DNA of 60,846 nt, the filler included, from Diploschistes diacapsis (lineage: Eukaryota): assembly GCA_023645945.1 (NCBI GenBank). It is 4 parts of 4 records of this genome, joined end to end, with 100 filler letters (N's around TTAATTAATTAA, not from the genome) between each part and the next. Parts side by side here need not be neighbours in the genome. Positions count along the whole stretch, not along the records: positions 1 to 15,176 come from JALAIB010000569.1; positions 15,277 to 30,429 come from JALAIB010000571.1; 2 more parts are not named here. One strand, written 5' to 3'. A model generated the notes under the pieces. That model made no database searches, was not told where the DNA came from, and worked only from the letters and a program-made list of their open reading frames with translations. Shown piece after piece: positions 13,337 to 25,518 of the stretch. Numbering within the stretch: the stretch's first letter is position 1; each line of letters begins with the position of its first letter. The position numbers and the translations under genes are program-made.

Positions 13337-14176
13337 GGCTCACTGGGGTGCAAGCTTTGGAAGTTGACAATGTGGTACCGGGTTTGTCTGTCTTGTACTT
13401 GTTTGCGAATGACCATTACTAAAGATAATACATGAAGGACTCGAATGCGAGCTGAAAGCGCATGAGTGGAGCGTGAGGTTGTGATTTTGCGCTTTTGTGC
13501 TCCCCTTTCCCCCTTTTTCTGTGAGGTGATACGTTCGGCTAAGAAGGAGTAGCAGCGCCTTTCCTAGAATACATGCCGGCAATAGCAAGAGCAAGCGCAA
13601 CAAACGCTCATCCTCCGCTGGCCAATTGCTTGAGCCTGGGGTATCTATCTCGAATCCTGTAGCCAAGGTAAGCTGCTTTTTGTTACTTCACATGTTCTAT
13701 GGTATCACCGGTCTTGTTATGTTGATCACTGTTTCGACTCTGTCATTCTGTTATCAATGGCTACAGCAACGTGCGTGAGGCACTCCAAAGGCTATATTGC
13801 AACTATCTATTATATATGTGGTTGATCTTTATGGCCACCATACTGATCAGTCGCCCTCAAAACGAGACATGACCAGCAATCCCCACATCATAGGCCCTGG
13901 GCTAGATGCATATGCACGAAGCTGAGAAAGCCATCCAATATCACGTAAGCTGCATGCATGCACATATGTGGCGACTAAAGCTAGACCAGGGTGCCCCTCT
14001 GCAGCAGTGTACAGTGATCTGTGTAGAGATTTGTAGAATTATCGTTGAGGTTCAGTACTTATCACAGCGGCTAGCATCTGAATTGATTGGTAGATGTCAT
14101 TAATTAAACAAAATTACGATATAAACGATTAAAAATTGCTTATTATCGTCGTAACGTTAAATAAATGGTATATCTA

Positions 14177-15176
14177 TAATGTGTTTGACGGGGATTCCGG
14201 CCACCCCCAGATTCCGGCCACTTTATATCACTATTTTCATTTATATTCGATTTTTCTTAATAATAACTACCTCGTATCGTAATAATTCGATTTTAATAAA
14301 ATTTAATATTAACGATTATTTATAACGTTAGGTCCTAAAATTATAATAATATATCAATATTCGAAAAATTATACGCGTATTGAAAATATTTCGGTCGATT
14401 ATTATGGATCGATTCGATGGAGTTTAATCTTGTTTTAATAGTCACGAAGCGATTTAAATTCTTTTAAATTTAGAAGAAAAGATATTAGTACGATGGATTA
14501 TACGTTTTATATAAACTAACTTTTCTGCATCGTGTGCGTTAATGGTGGAAATGGCCGAAGAGATTTAACGCGAAAGAATTCGATTCGGTTCGAATTTAGA
14601 AGTTACGATCGCGAATTTTTAACCTATCGATAAAAATTAGGTATCGCGATTTCGTAAACGATTTCCTAAAATTATTAATATTTGGACGAGATAGATCGAG
14701 TCGAATAAATTTAATGCGATAAGTTACGAGGTTATATAACGATAATTCGATGTAGTAATAATTTAATATAATGAAGGGCAATACGCGCTCGAATATATTT
14801 ATAATATGAACGAGTTAGGTTTTAGTATTAATAATAGTTTTCCTTTAAAGCCTTCGTTTCAAGTCGAACAAACTCGAATTAAAAGGTTATTAAAAGAAAA
14901 CAAAAGTGGGTAACTACGATCGAATATATTTTAGTTATTGGCGGAGTATTACCGCCTATGATTATTTTTAAAGTATTATATATCAATATTAGCTGGATTC
15001 TAGTCGAAACGCCTCGAAACTAATTGTTTAGTATTAGTAATAAAGGATAAATAATAGATGGACACGGTTATTAATAGCTTATACGTATTTTTAAATTTTT
15101 AATTAGACCGAATAAACCCGAAACGCGTCGTTTATTAATTATGGACGGTTATAATAATTATATTATCGTTAATATT
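14177..15176 (+). mobile_element. RIP-mutated pogo/Fot1 (Tc1-mariner, DDE_1) transposon, 5' part, cut by the segment end
   Basis: TA|ATGTGTTTGACGGGG-ATTCCGGCCAC-CCCCAG-ATTCCGGCCAC TIR. Degenerate transposase motifs: EEKILVRWI, VEMAEEI, IYNMNELGF (normally IYNMDETGF), WVTTIE, LPPMIIFK, RRLLIMDGYNNY (normally DGHSSH). Very AT-rich with many stops. Confidence 0.92.
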
Positions 15177-15276
15177 NNNNNNNNNNNNNNNNNNNNNNNN
15201 NNNNNNNNNNNNNNNNNNNNTTAATTAATTAANNNNNNNNNNNNNNNNNNNNNNNNNNNNNNNNNNNNNNNNNNNN
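15177..15276. other. Artificial contig linker
   Basis: N44-TTAATTAATTAA-N44, which places stops in all six frames. Confidence 0.97.
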
Positions 15277-17080
15277 CCAATCACTTCTTCAAACCCCTCC
15301 CCCTCCTTCCGCTCCGCCGCCCAAACAGCCTTGTACGCCGCACCGAGCGCGCACGCGTTCTGGCCCACGTCCAGCCGATACACGCCCTCGCTGCCGCCCA
15401 GCACCTGGCCCGCCAGCGCCGCGATGGTGCTCGACATGCTGCCACCGCCGACGAGGTATATCCTGCGCGGTTGGGCCGGCAGGCCGGGGCTCGAGGAGGG
15501 GGGTTCGACGATGTCGCGGCTGCGCAGGCGGAGGGAGAGGAGCTGGGATTCGAGGATGGCGCGGGCGTCGTCCTTCGGGATGGACCAGGTGGCCGGATCG
15601 GTATCGGGAGTGGCTTCGGCGAGGGTCTTGGTCTGCGGCGTGTAGAGGAAGCGCCACGTGCCCGCGCGCACGTTGGGCACGATCTCCGGGCGCGGGAAGA
15701 AGAGGCCGAGGCGCATTGGGGAGCGGCCATCGCCGGGCCGGGCTTGGCCGGCGGGGGGGGTGGACTCGGCAGCGGCGTTGAAGGCGGCCCATTCGTTGTA
15801 ATCGCCTCTGTCGTTGTTGTTTGTTTTGTTGTCGCTGGGCTTGGCGCTTTCATTCTCATTGATGGCGTCGCGGATCTTTTCGCGGGCCAGACCGCCGTTC
15901 TTGTAGCATAGCATGAACATGTACAGGCCTGGGGTCGTGGGGTGGTTGAAGAAATGCACGGCCGGGTCGGGTCTGTATTTGGTTGTGGACATGAGGAAGG
16001 TGGTGGAGGTGCCCAGCGAGACCATGGCGTCGCCCGGGCGTAAGGGGAGCGCAAGAATGGTGGACGGGTTGTCCCCAGTGAAGGGCACGATGCGGCAGCC
16101 ACGCGAGAAGCCGTAGCGGGAGACAAAGTAAGAGCTTATGGGGCCGAGGTTGGCGCCGCCGTCTTCGGCCACTGAGCCGAGCTTGGAGGAGAGGTCCAAT
16201 GGCCTACCGTTCGAGGCTAGGCTCATGAGCTGCTGGTTCCACTGGCCAGCCTTGATGTCCCAGAGGTTCGCGCCGCAGGCGTCTGAGATGTCCATCGGGG
16301 CAATCTTGGCGAGGAAGATAGAGGCCAACCAGGAGGATACGAGGGATATGCGGCTGGTCCTGTTATAGGCTTCTGGATTTCGGCGTTGGAAGCGGAGGAT
16401 TTGGGGGCCCGTGAAGCGCTGTCGTTTGTGAGCAGGAGCTTAGGAAACAGATATATAACTATACTTACGTGGTGTGCTTTGCTACCAGTTACGCAAGCAA
16501 GCCGCTGTTCGCTCGAGAGCTCCTTGTCGAAGAGATCGCATTCGGCCTGGGTACTCGCATCCTGCCAATTGGGGCTGTACGGATGGGAGAAGGCATGATC
16601 CAGTTGGTGTTCGAGGGTCTTGGAGGCATTTAGGTTCTGCAAAGCTCTCTCTCCTTCAAAACTCCAGTACACGCTTCCATGCTGCTGGCCCGCTCCACTG
16701 ATTGCCTTGATCCTCGAAAAGTCTAGTCCATCGGCCTTCAAGCGTTCCATCACTACGTCAACCGCCTGAAGCCACATGGCGACAGGCGCATAGACCTCGT
16801 GAAGCTCCTCATTTGTAAGGACCCCTTTGCGGACACTGTGCCCCTCGGCGTCAACATCGAATCCAAATCCGACTTCATGGTGCACTTTCAGTTGACTGTC
16901 AATGATAATGGCCTTTAATTGCTGGGTGGAAAGGTCGAGACCGAGGTACAGGGGGCCCCCAGGAGAGAGTTGTGGAGCGGTGCTAAAAGGCAGCGAGAAG
17001 AAGCGAGCAATGAATTGCAATATTAACTGAGTTGCGGATCTAAAAACCCTTCCTAGACGGGTTATGATGTTGCTGCTCAT
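15277..17080 (-). CDS. xks1: D-xylulose kinase (FGGY family), 3' end cut by linker
   Basis: [76 protein letters not shown]. Intron at 16468-16419. Confidence 0.95.
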
Positions 17081-17135
17081 AGTGGATATATGCAGAACCA
17101 ACAGTCAAATGGGCACAAGTCAGGTCTCATTGCCT

Positions 17136-17342
17136 CTAGCCGCTGTACGTTTTGATTGTCATATTGTAATTCACGCCACTCTGAGCGAATAAATATCTTT
17201 CCACGAGCTTTCAGGGACAATCAGCAAGGATTTCAAGTCTGAATATTCTCACTTCGAGAATTCTAAGACATACTACTACTTGACAAGCACAACTCGGCAA
17301 ACAAGACTCGGGCATCCCCCAGGCGCAGTTCTCTATTTAGCC
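17136..17342 (-). promoter_or_regulatory. Candidate XlnR sites and a CreA site upstream of xylulokinase
   Basis: On the minus strand: GGCTAG (17136-17141), GGCTAAA (17336-17342) and the SYGGRG match CTGGGG (17317-17322). Short motifs, but they fit the gene's function. Confidence 0.45.
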
Positions 17343-17607
17343 GCTTGCAAGGCAACCTTGCCGAGCTCCTCATCTGTGGCCATTCAACCATTGAGCCTTA
17401 TCGGCGTATCAGTTTCGCATGGATTACTGGTCTCCTGCAGAAGTTATGGCGCATGAGGAGTTGACAATATGGCGGTAGACCATGATCCATGGCAGCAATC
17501 CAGGAGACATGACTTTCGTCTGCACTCTTGGGGGTAATTAGCTGAAGAAGACTTGCGCTGTAAAGAGCTGCCCGGTTGGCCTCGGGCATTAGCGCATGCA
17601 ATTTCAA

Positions 17608-19076
17608 TCAACGGTCGTGGTGCTGGTGCTTGTGATCTTGGTCGTGCTGTAGTTCCTCACCCGCCTCTGGCTCTGGACTGCTTCGCGGGCTCACATCGGC
17701 ACTGACGAACTCGTCCCTAAGGTTGGCCGGCTCATCCTCCTGGGATACAAATCTCACCCGAATTCTGCGGGTACCTTTGACTGTGGATCCAATTGTTAGA
17801 CGCACTACGTCTTCGACGGACTTGACTTGCCCGAGATCCCAATTCCTCGGTACACCGAGTTCAACATCCATAAGATAGTTTTGCCCGGCCTTGATACCTT
17901 GCACATCGCGTACCTTGACGTTCTCGGACATTATTGCTTTACCAGCGGCCCTCCTCACCGCGTCCTTAACCTCCTCATCAACAGATTTATCACAAAGTTC
18001 GTGGACTGCGGAGACGGTGTTGCCAAAGCCAGCTTGTATGACCATGAGAGATACAATCAAGCCACCGACCGGATCGAGCCACGCAGCTCCATCCAACACG
18101 TGTGAGCCACCAATTGCAACGAGAGCGACAATGCTGGTAAGCGAGTCCACGCGATGATGGACTGCATTGGAGGCTAAGACGGATGACCTTCTCTCTTTGG
18201 CAACCCTCATCGCTGTGCCCGGCGTTAGTATTGAGCAGAGAAACGAGGGGCGGATCACCTACTTGTTCGGTAGAGATATTCCTTTACGATGATTGAGCCA
18301 CCAGCAAGCCAAGCGGCATTAATATTCGGAATAGTAGCTGCGGCACTGTGGTCGTGCGAGTGTCCGAATATCCCTTGGCTATGGCCTGCTGCCTCTGCAG
18401 CATGATGAAACAGATCCGGGAAAAACTGGTTGAACAGGGCGAAGCCAGCGTGCTGAGCCATGAGCAACCCGCCAGTCAGCAGCAGACCGCTAACAAACAG
18501 CGAGCCAAAGCTCTCAACCTTGCCGAATCCATTCGGGTAGATTGCCGTAGGTGGTTTGAGGGCAACAGAGATGGTAGCGAGGGTCATGAAGTCGGAGACA
18601 AGGTCGGTCAGTGCGTGGAAGGCGTCTGCAACGAGGGCTTGGGAGTTGAAGTAGTAGCCACCAATACCCTTGCTTATTGCCATGCCAAGATTCACGTAGA
18701 GTCCGAGCCTCGTAACCCGCACACCTGCATCGTTCTTGTTGGTAGAAGTGAGATACGTGTTGTCGTGGTGGTGATGGCTGTGATTGTGGCCGGAATGTGC
18801 CCGCGGATGGTCGTGACCATGACCGTGACCGTGACCGCCCATCGCTGCAGCAGCTGATGAACCTGGCGACAGAATGGGCCGCTGGAGCGCTACAGAAGCT
18901 TTGAAGTTCTTGCGTGGAAGACCTGGAGTGTTCAAGATGTGGCTATAGCTGGTATAAAGCACGCGACTGTCCTTCTTGGCGCTCTGTTCACTGGGCTTGA
19001 TGATCCTGCCCGTTACGAGCAAAGATTGGCGAGCTGGAAGGGGCAAAAGCCCGCCGCAGGTCCGTACGGCAAACAT
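17608..19076 (-). CDS. mmt1: Cation diffusion facilitator, mitochondrial metal (iron) transporter, MMT1/MMT2-like
   Basis: Basic N-terminal presequence-like region; His-rich tract; SQALVADAFHALTDLVSD, YPNGFGKVES, ASNAVHHRVDSLTS, WLDPVGG. Intron at 18262-18213. Confidence 0.9.
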
Positions 19077-19559
19077 CGTAACTTACCTGGGAAGATGGGA
19101 TGGTCGCGATCGAGATTTTCATCGTGACAGATGGAGGTCTCTTATAAGTGAATGTGATTCTCCATGTGTTTGCGGGTTATTAACTTGGTGGAAGAGCCGA
19201 ATTGTTTGACCTGCTCTGCGCTAAATGCCCGGTCAAAAGATCCGTGAGCCAACAAGATTTTTGACGACCAAGCACAACTAATCAATACAGTCCTGATAGT
19301 TCATTCACGGTATACTCCCCAAGTCAAAATCCTAATACATTTATTCTCTCTGTCTTAAAGCGTCTTACTAGCATGCTTTTCTCTATAGTAACCTTCCAAC
19401 CCTAGAAATATTCGCTCGAATAGAACCTGATACAACTTATATACTCCCAATCTTCCACTGAATCATCCAAAGGCAAAACTACAATGCAGGGGGACATCGT
19501 TCATGATTATGAATGTTCTCTCGAATCTTCTCCAGCTAAAATAGATAGCATCACCCTCC

Positions 19560-20242
19560 TTATAGCGCCGTAGTTCCTCCAGCAACCAGAGCCGCGGCTC
19601 CCACCATAGCAGCGCCAGCCCACGACCTTGCCTGCCAGCCGCACCGGTGTGTATCGGAGATAACGAAGCAGTCGGCGTGATTGACGAGCCAGGGAAGGTT
19701 CCGTTCGACGCGGAAGCAGTTGGGCCAGAAGAATGAAAGCCGGTGCCCCTCGAGCCTGTTCGTACGACGTGTGTGCTGCTGGGGTTGCTGCCGATGGCCG
19801 AGCACTTGGCTGAAAGAGGCGCAAGGGAGACGCACTCCGCTCCTTTCTGTGGCTCTCCTAGGTTGCGGTCGCAATTTCCAGCTTGGTACGCCCCGCTGAT
19901 GCGGAGGAGGTCCACTGTGCCGCTAGCGCTGGCACTATGACTGATGCTGGTGCTGGCGGAAATTGTGATGGTGGAGCAAGACGTTTGGGACAGACCATAA
20001 GAGACCCGGACGGCGCCATGTTGTGGCTCACCTAGGTTATCATCGCAATTTCCTCCCTGGTAGGCTCCGTTGATGCACAGAATGACCGGTCCGCCGACGC
20101 CTTCGCAGATGGCTGAGTTACCGCTGCAGGAAGGCCCAGAGGTAGGAACGGAGGCTGGTGTGGAGGAGGTGATGGTGGCGGTTGCTGAGGCAAGGGCTAG
20201 GGGGAATACGGTAACAGCGAGGGAAGTGAAGAGATGTTTCGT
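19560..20242 (-). pseudogene. Secreted, GPI-type Ser/Thr-rich protein with two Cys-containing repeats; ACG at the start and a frameshift before the GPI tail (pseudogene or non-AUG allele)
   Basis: TTCAAA-ACG-(KHLFTSLAVTVFPLALA) signal peptide; the frame is open through two GAYQxGNCDxNLGEPQxGA repeats and an S/T stalk to HTGAAG. A hydrophobic tail SWAGAAMVGAAALVAGGTTAL* lies in another frame. Confidence 0.7.
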
Positions 20243-20918
20243 TTTGAAAGCGAAAGGGCCGAAAAGCCTTGCAGCGATAGAAGAGGCTTATGGAGTCTTG
20301 AGCTGACTATCATCATCACTTGACGCACGAGACATTGGAAATGGACAAACGGAAATCCTTCAACCTCTCAGCCAGCTCTTTGAGAGGCCTTCATGAAGGA
20401 GATGTACTTATTTCGCGTCCTTTAAAGGGGTGATACTGGCAAGGCCTGCGCTTATCGGTGCCGTATATGGTGTGCTCCTGTCCTATCACCTCGACCTCCT
20501 AACATTGTCATCTGTTGTACACTCCAACATATGCCCCATAGATGAGTGTAATGGATACAAGATCAAAAGAAACAATCGGCAGAGGCTAGTGAGACGGAGA
20601 CCTACCGCTGCAGAGTTGCCCTCGGCCATCAAAAGCAAAAGACCAAAGCCGCCTCGTAGACCATCAGGAAGTCGCTGTCAGGGTGAAAGGTATTCCAATT
20701 ACCTTAAGGTTTCTCATTGAGGTCTTGACCATTTTGCTCGTACACGTAGTAGTACTGACGCAGGTACTACTGGTAGCCGCTAACAGTAAAGATGCGCTAC
20801 AATTTAAAAAATTTAGCCGTCAAGAAACTGCATGCTTGTACCTAGTGGGCCTTCCTTACAGATCCACTTCAAAAACTATCGTTGGCTAGATGGGCGGTCA
20901 AAAATTACTGATGATGCT

Positions 20919-20925
20919 TGACTCA
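20919..20925 (+). promoter_or_regulatory. Gcn4/CpcA response element upstream of LYS2
   Basis: Exact TGACTCA about 220 nt upstream of the LYS2 ATG. Confidence 0.55.
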
Positions 20926-21143
20926 TCATATACAGGAGCAGACCCAACTGCTTATAAGTACATAAGGTGACCTTAATCGAAAACCGAAAACCCGTGGAAG
21001 CTCCAACTTGAAAGAAATCATTGCGGTGAATGGAGTCTTGAAGTACATCAACGGCTTCTTCGCGAAAAAGTTGAAGAAAACATTGTTGTGCCCATGACGG
21101 GTCAAGCAGAGCACCATTCCTTCCAGTTCCCGCAAAGTGAACA

Positions 21144-24100
21144 ATGCATCAGATTCCAGATCCAACGGCCGACCTTGACTGGTCTGGCTATGTTGGCTCA
21201 ATTCATGAGCATTTCCGAGCGGCAGCGCTGAAGCATCCTGAGAAAATTTGTGTTTTGGAGACTAGGTCTTCGACTACGGCCGAGAGACGGTTTACGTATA
21301 AGCAGATCTACGAAGCTTCCAACCTTCTCTCATGGTACCTTCATAATTCAGGCGTCACGAATGGGGACGTCGTCATGATATGGGCGCATCGCTCCGTGGA
21401 TTTAGTGATCGGCTTCATGGGGATATTGGTATGGTACTCAATTGTCTTTGTGTGCGAGGACTCGCTTGTGTTCTAATACGCCGTCTTCCATTTCAAGGCC
21501 GCTGGCGCAACGATGACGGTCCTAGATCCCGCATACCCCCCTGCAAGGCAGAAAATATATCTCGAGGTCTCAAAACCACGGGCCTTAATCAAGATTGGTC
21601 GTGCTACAGAAGAGAATGGCCCATTGGCTCCACTTGTACAGGCGTACATCGACGAGGAGCTCCAGCTGAAAGCTCAAGTCCCTGATTTACGTCTTTCCGA
21701 CGATGGTTACCTTGCCGGAGGTGAAGTCAAAGGCCAGGATCTCTTCCACAGTGTTAGGGACCTTGCATCGTCCCCTCCTGACGTGCTTGTTGGTCCTGAC
21801 TCGAATCCCACCTTGTCGTTCACTTCTGGAAGCGAAGGAAGACCAAAAGGAGTTCTCGGTCGTCATTTTAGTTTAGCAAAGTATTTCGGTTGGATGGCTG
21901 AACGCTTCGACCTGTCGTCTGAAAGTAGATTCACGCTCCTTTCTGGTCTTGCTCATGATCCAGTCCAAAGAGATATATTTACACCTCTCTTCTTGGGAGC
22001 ACAATTACTTGTCCCTTCAAAGGAAGATATTCAGCACGAGAAACTTGCAGAATGGATGCGCGAACATGAACCGACTGTCAGTCATCTTACGCCAGCAATG
22101 GGCCAAATCCTTGTTGGTGGTGCTACCGCCGAATTCCCTAGCCTAAAGCACATATTTTTCGTTGGCGATGTACTGACGACCAGGGACTGTCGAACCCTTC
22201 AAAAACTGGCCGTGAATACTGCAGGTGTGTGGATCTGTGCGGATCGCATATACAACATTGATTCTTCTTATAGTTATCAATATGTACGGGACGACAGAGA
22301 CGCAAAGAGCAGTCAGCTATTTCGAGATTCCGAGCCGTGCAAAGGATCCGGGTTTCGTTACCAAGCTGAAAGATACGGTACCGGCTGGTAAGGGAATGCA
22401 GAACGTCCAGCTCCTTGTAGTAAACGAAGAGAATCGCGCCAGACTTTGCAGTGCGGGTGAAGTGGGAGAGATATTTGTCCGAGCTGCTGGCCTTGCCGAG
22501 TGAGCCATTGTCCATGCCATCCCTTTGTGCGGCTCATGCTGATGACTTCATTTCAGGGGTTATCTGGGAGATCCCAAATTGAATGATCAAAAGTTCATAA
22601 TGAACTGGTTCATAGATAACAAGAAATGGGTAGAAGCAGATGGCAAGACTAGTAAAAATGAAGCTTGGCGAAGGTATTATGAAGGGCCAAGAGACCGTCT
22701 CTACCGCACCGGCGATCTTGGACGCTATCTTGACTCAGGCGATGTGGAGGTCACTGGGAGAAAAGATGATCAGGTATGTTTTCAGCTTGGGTTGAGATGT
22801 TGTCTTTCAGTGGCCATGGTTAAACACAACTTTAGGTCAAAATTCGCGGTTTCCGTATAGAGCTCAATGACATTGACAGCAACTTGAGCCAAAATCCTCT
22901 GATTAGAGATTGCAAGACGCTTGTTCGGAGGGATCGTAATGAGGAGCCTATCCTAGTCAGCTACATCGTCCCTGAAGTAACAGAGTGGCGCCGTTGGCTC
23001 TCTACTAGAGGGTTAAAAGACAGTGAAGACGAAGGAGTTGAAATGGGCTCAGTGCGAATCTTTCTCAAAAGGTTTCGGCGCATGCAGACTGAAGTTCGAG
23101 ACCACTTGAAGTCGCGACTGCCAGCGCATTCCGTACCTTCCATATACATCGTGATCAGCAAGCTTCCGTTAAACCCCAACGGCAAGGTTGACAAGCCGAA
23201 CCTTCCGTTTCCTGACATTACCGAATGGGTTGAAGACGCCTCAGAGGAGGATCTGAAGAGCTGGGAGTCGTTTACCCCGACAGAGCGAATAGTAGCCACA
23301 AAATGGGCTGATCTAATCCGTGGTCTTAACCCCAAGACGATCAGGCGAGAGAACAGCTTTTTTGATCTGGGTGGACACAGTCTCTTAGCTCAGCAGTTTC
23401 TCCTTAATGTTCGCAAAGAGATGGAAGCGGATGTTTCCATCAATAGCCTTTATGAGCATCCAAGCCTGGCTGGTTTCGGTGCCCAAGTCGAAAAGCGGCT
23501 TCGACCGAACAACGGGGTCGGTAGTAGTGACATCCATAGCGACACCGGTGACACCGAGTATGCTAGATCATTGGACGAGTTGATGAGCCATCTGGAGGAG
23601 AAATACCAGCCGGTGGATTTGGACGCGATTGAAGCCTCCGAGAAGTCGACCGTCTTTCTCACAGGGGCAACTGGTTTCCTCGGTTCATTCATCATTAAGG
23701 ATATTCTGGACCGAACAAATCGCACCATCAGACTGATTGCCCATGTTCGAGGAGTTAAGGATGCTAATGCTGCACTTGACCGACTTCGGCGTTCACTCAA
23801 GGGATATGGCTTGTGGAGAGATGACTGGTCAGGTAGACTAAATGCGGTTGTGGGTGACCTGTCCAAACCCCGGCTCGGGCTTGATGACACGACCTGGGAT
23901 AGGTTAGCTCGGGAAGTTGACGTGGTGATACATAACGGTGCAGTAGTTCATTGGGTGAAAAGGTACCAGGACATTATGGCATCTAATGTCCTGTCAACCA
24001 TCGCAGCGGTGAACTTCTGCAACGAAGGAAGACCAAAGGTCTTTTGCTTCGTGAGCTCTACCAGCGCTCTTGATACGGATCATTACCTCAACTTATCGGA

Positions 24101-24938
24101 AGAGCAAACGAGAACTGGGGAGGGCGCCGTGTTGGAAGAAGATGATATGCACGGCAGCCGCACCGGACTTGGTACAGGGTACGGGGCAAGTAAATGGGTA
24201 TCAGAAAACTTGGTTCGCGAGGCCGGAAAACGTGGCCTCCGGGGCTCTATCGTACGACCCGGCTACGTCCTAGGCGACTCGGAGACTGGAGTTTGCAATA
24301 TTGACGACTTTCTGATCCGTATGTTGAAGGGCTGTCTTCAGCTGCAAGCGCGACCACGCATCATCAACACCGTCAACGCTGTTCCAGTCAATCACGTTGC
24401 CAGAGTAGTGGTTGCTGCCGCCCTAAATCCTCTACGTGGCGGAGTGCATGTGGTCCATGTAACTGCCCACCCGCGCCTACGCATGAACGAGTATCTTGCA
24501 AATCTAGAATATTATGGCTACCAAACACCAGAGATTAGCTATAACTCTTGGAAAGAAGAGCTGGAGAGATTCATATCAGCTGGCGCGAGAGAGAAGGATC
24601 AAGAACAACACGCACTGATGCCATTGTATCACTTCTGCATGAACGACCTTCCTGCGACGACCCGGGCTCCGGAACTTGACGACAGAAACGCAGTTGCAGT
24701 TTTAAAAGCAGATGCAGACAAATGGACTGGAATAGACGAAAGCTCTGGGTACGGAATCACTAGGGAAGATGCAGGAAGGTTTCTCCGATATTTGGCTGAA
24801 ATTAAGTTTCTGAGCTGGCCCTCTTCGGGGAGAGGAAGGAGGCTGCCTGATATAAAGGCTGATATAGTACAAGCATACGCGGCAGGCGGGACTGGAGGTC
24901 GTGGAGGAATACCTCAGCCTACTTTGAACGGAAAATAG
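21144..24938 (+). CDS. lys2: L-alpha-aminoadipate reductase (A-T-R), multi-exon
   Basis: [59 protein letters not shown] (phosphopantetheine Ser), [19 protein letters not shown]. Four introns near 21429, 22225, 22500 and 22774. Confidence 0.95.
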
Positions 24939-25518
24939 GGCCTCCTGAAAGCCTGCCATCTCACCTAGATTTCCTATCTACGTTTCTTGAGAACATCGTT
25001 TTGCAAGACATATAACATGCTATTATAGTCCTTCGCTTCGCTTAGGAATTAGATGAATGTAACCTTCAGTCGTGGAGTTGCCGGTGATGATTAGGTAGCA
25101 TGTTTTGCTCAATATTCGCGTATAAAACCAACGACTCTTTACCAAGAGGAGATATCTCTGGGAAAGCAAAGATGCCTACTTCAAATAAAGAATAGACTTT
25201 GACGGGATCAAATTGAAGCACCAAAGGGCAATGAAGAAGCGATCGTGCTGCCTTGGTGGTTTGATAGGGCTGGGCTCTCACTCTAAGGTGTTTTAAAATA
25301 ATCATAAAAGGCACCTGCTGCGTGGTCAATCTATTTTTTATTTCATGGTCACTTCGTCCTTGCAATGATGCTCTGTTAATAGGAATGTTAATTTTCATAA
25401 CTACAAAATTCAAAGAATTGCACTCTTTGTTCGGGATATTTAAGATGTAATCTCCTCATAAGGACTTGGTATGTTTTGGATACTATTATACTGATATGTT
25501 CCAATTATTTGCACTAAT

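Noticed and set aside
13894..13993. Short inverted repeat CCCTGGGCTAG / CTAGACCAGGG with ATGCAT palindromes (possible MITE)
   Set aside because: Only 11 bp with a mismatch and no clear target-site duplication.
15221..15232. TTAATTAATTAA as a biological motif (for example a piggyBac TTAA site)
   Set aside because: It is identical at all three gaps and centred in N runs, so it is a synthetic six-frame stop linker.
15281..16368. Multiple long overlapping ORFs in xks1, and similarly in the ABC gene 3' end and the R-domain remnant
   Set aside because: Shadow ORFs caused by high GC and scarcity of stop codons.
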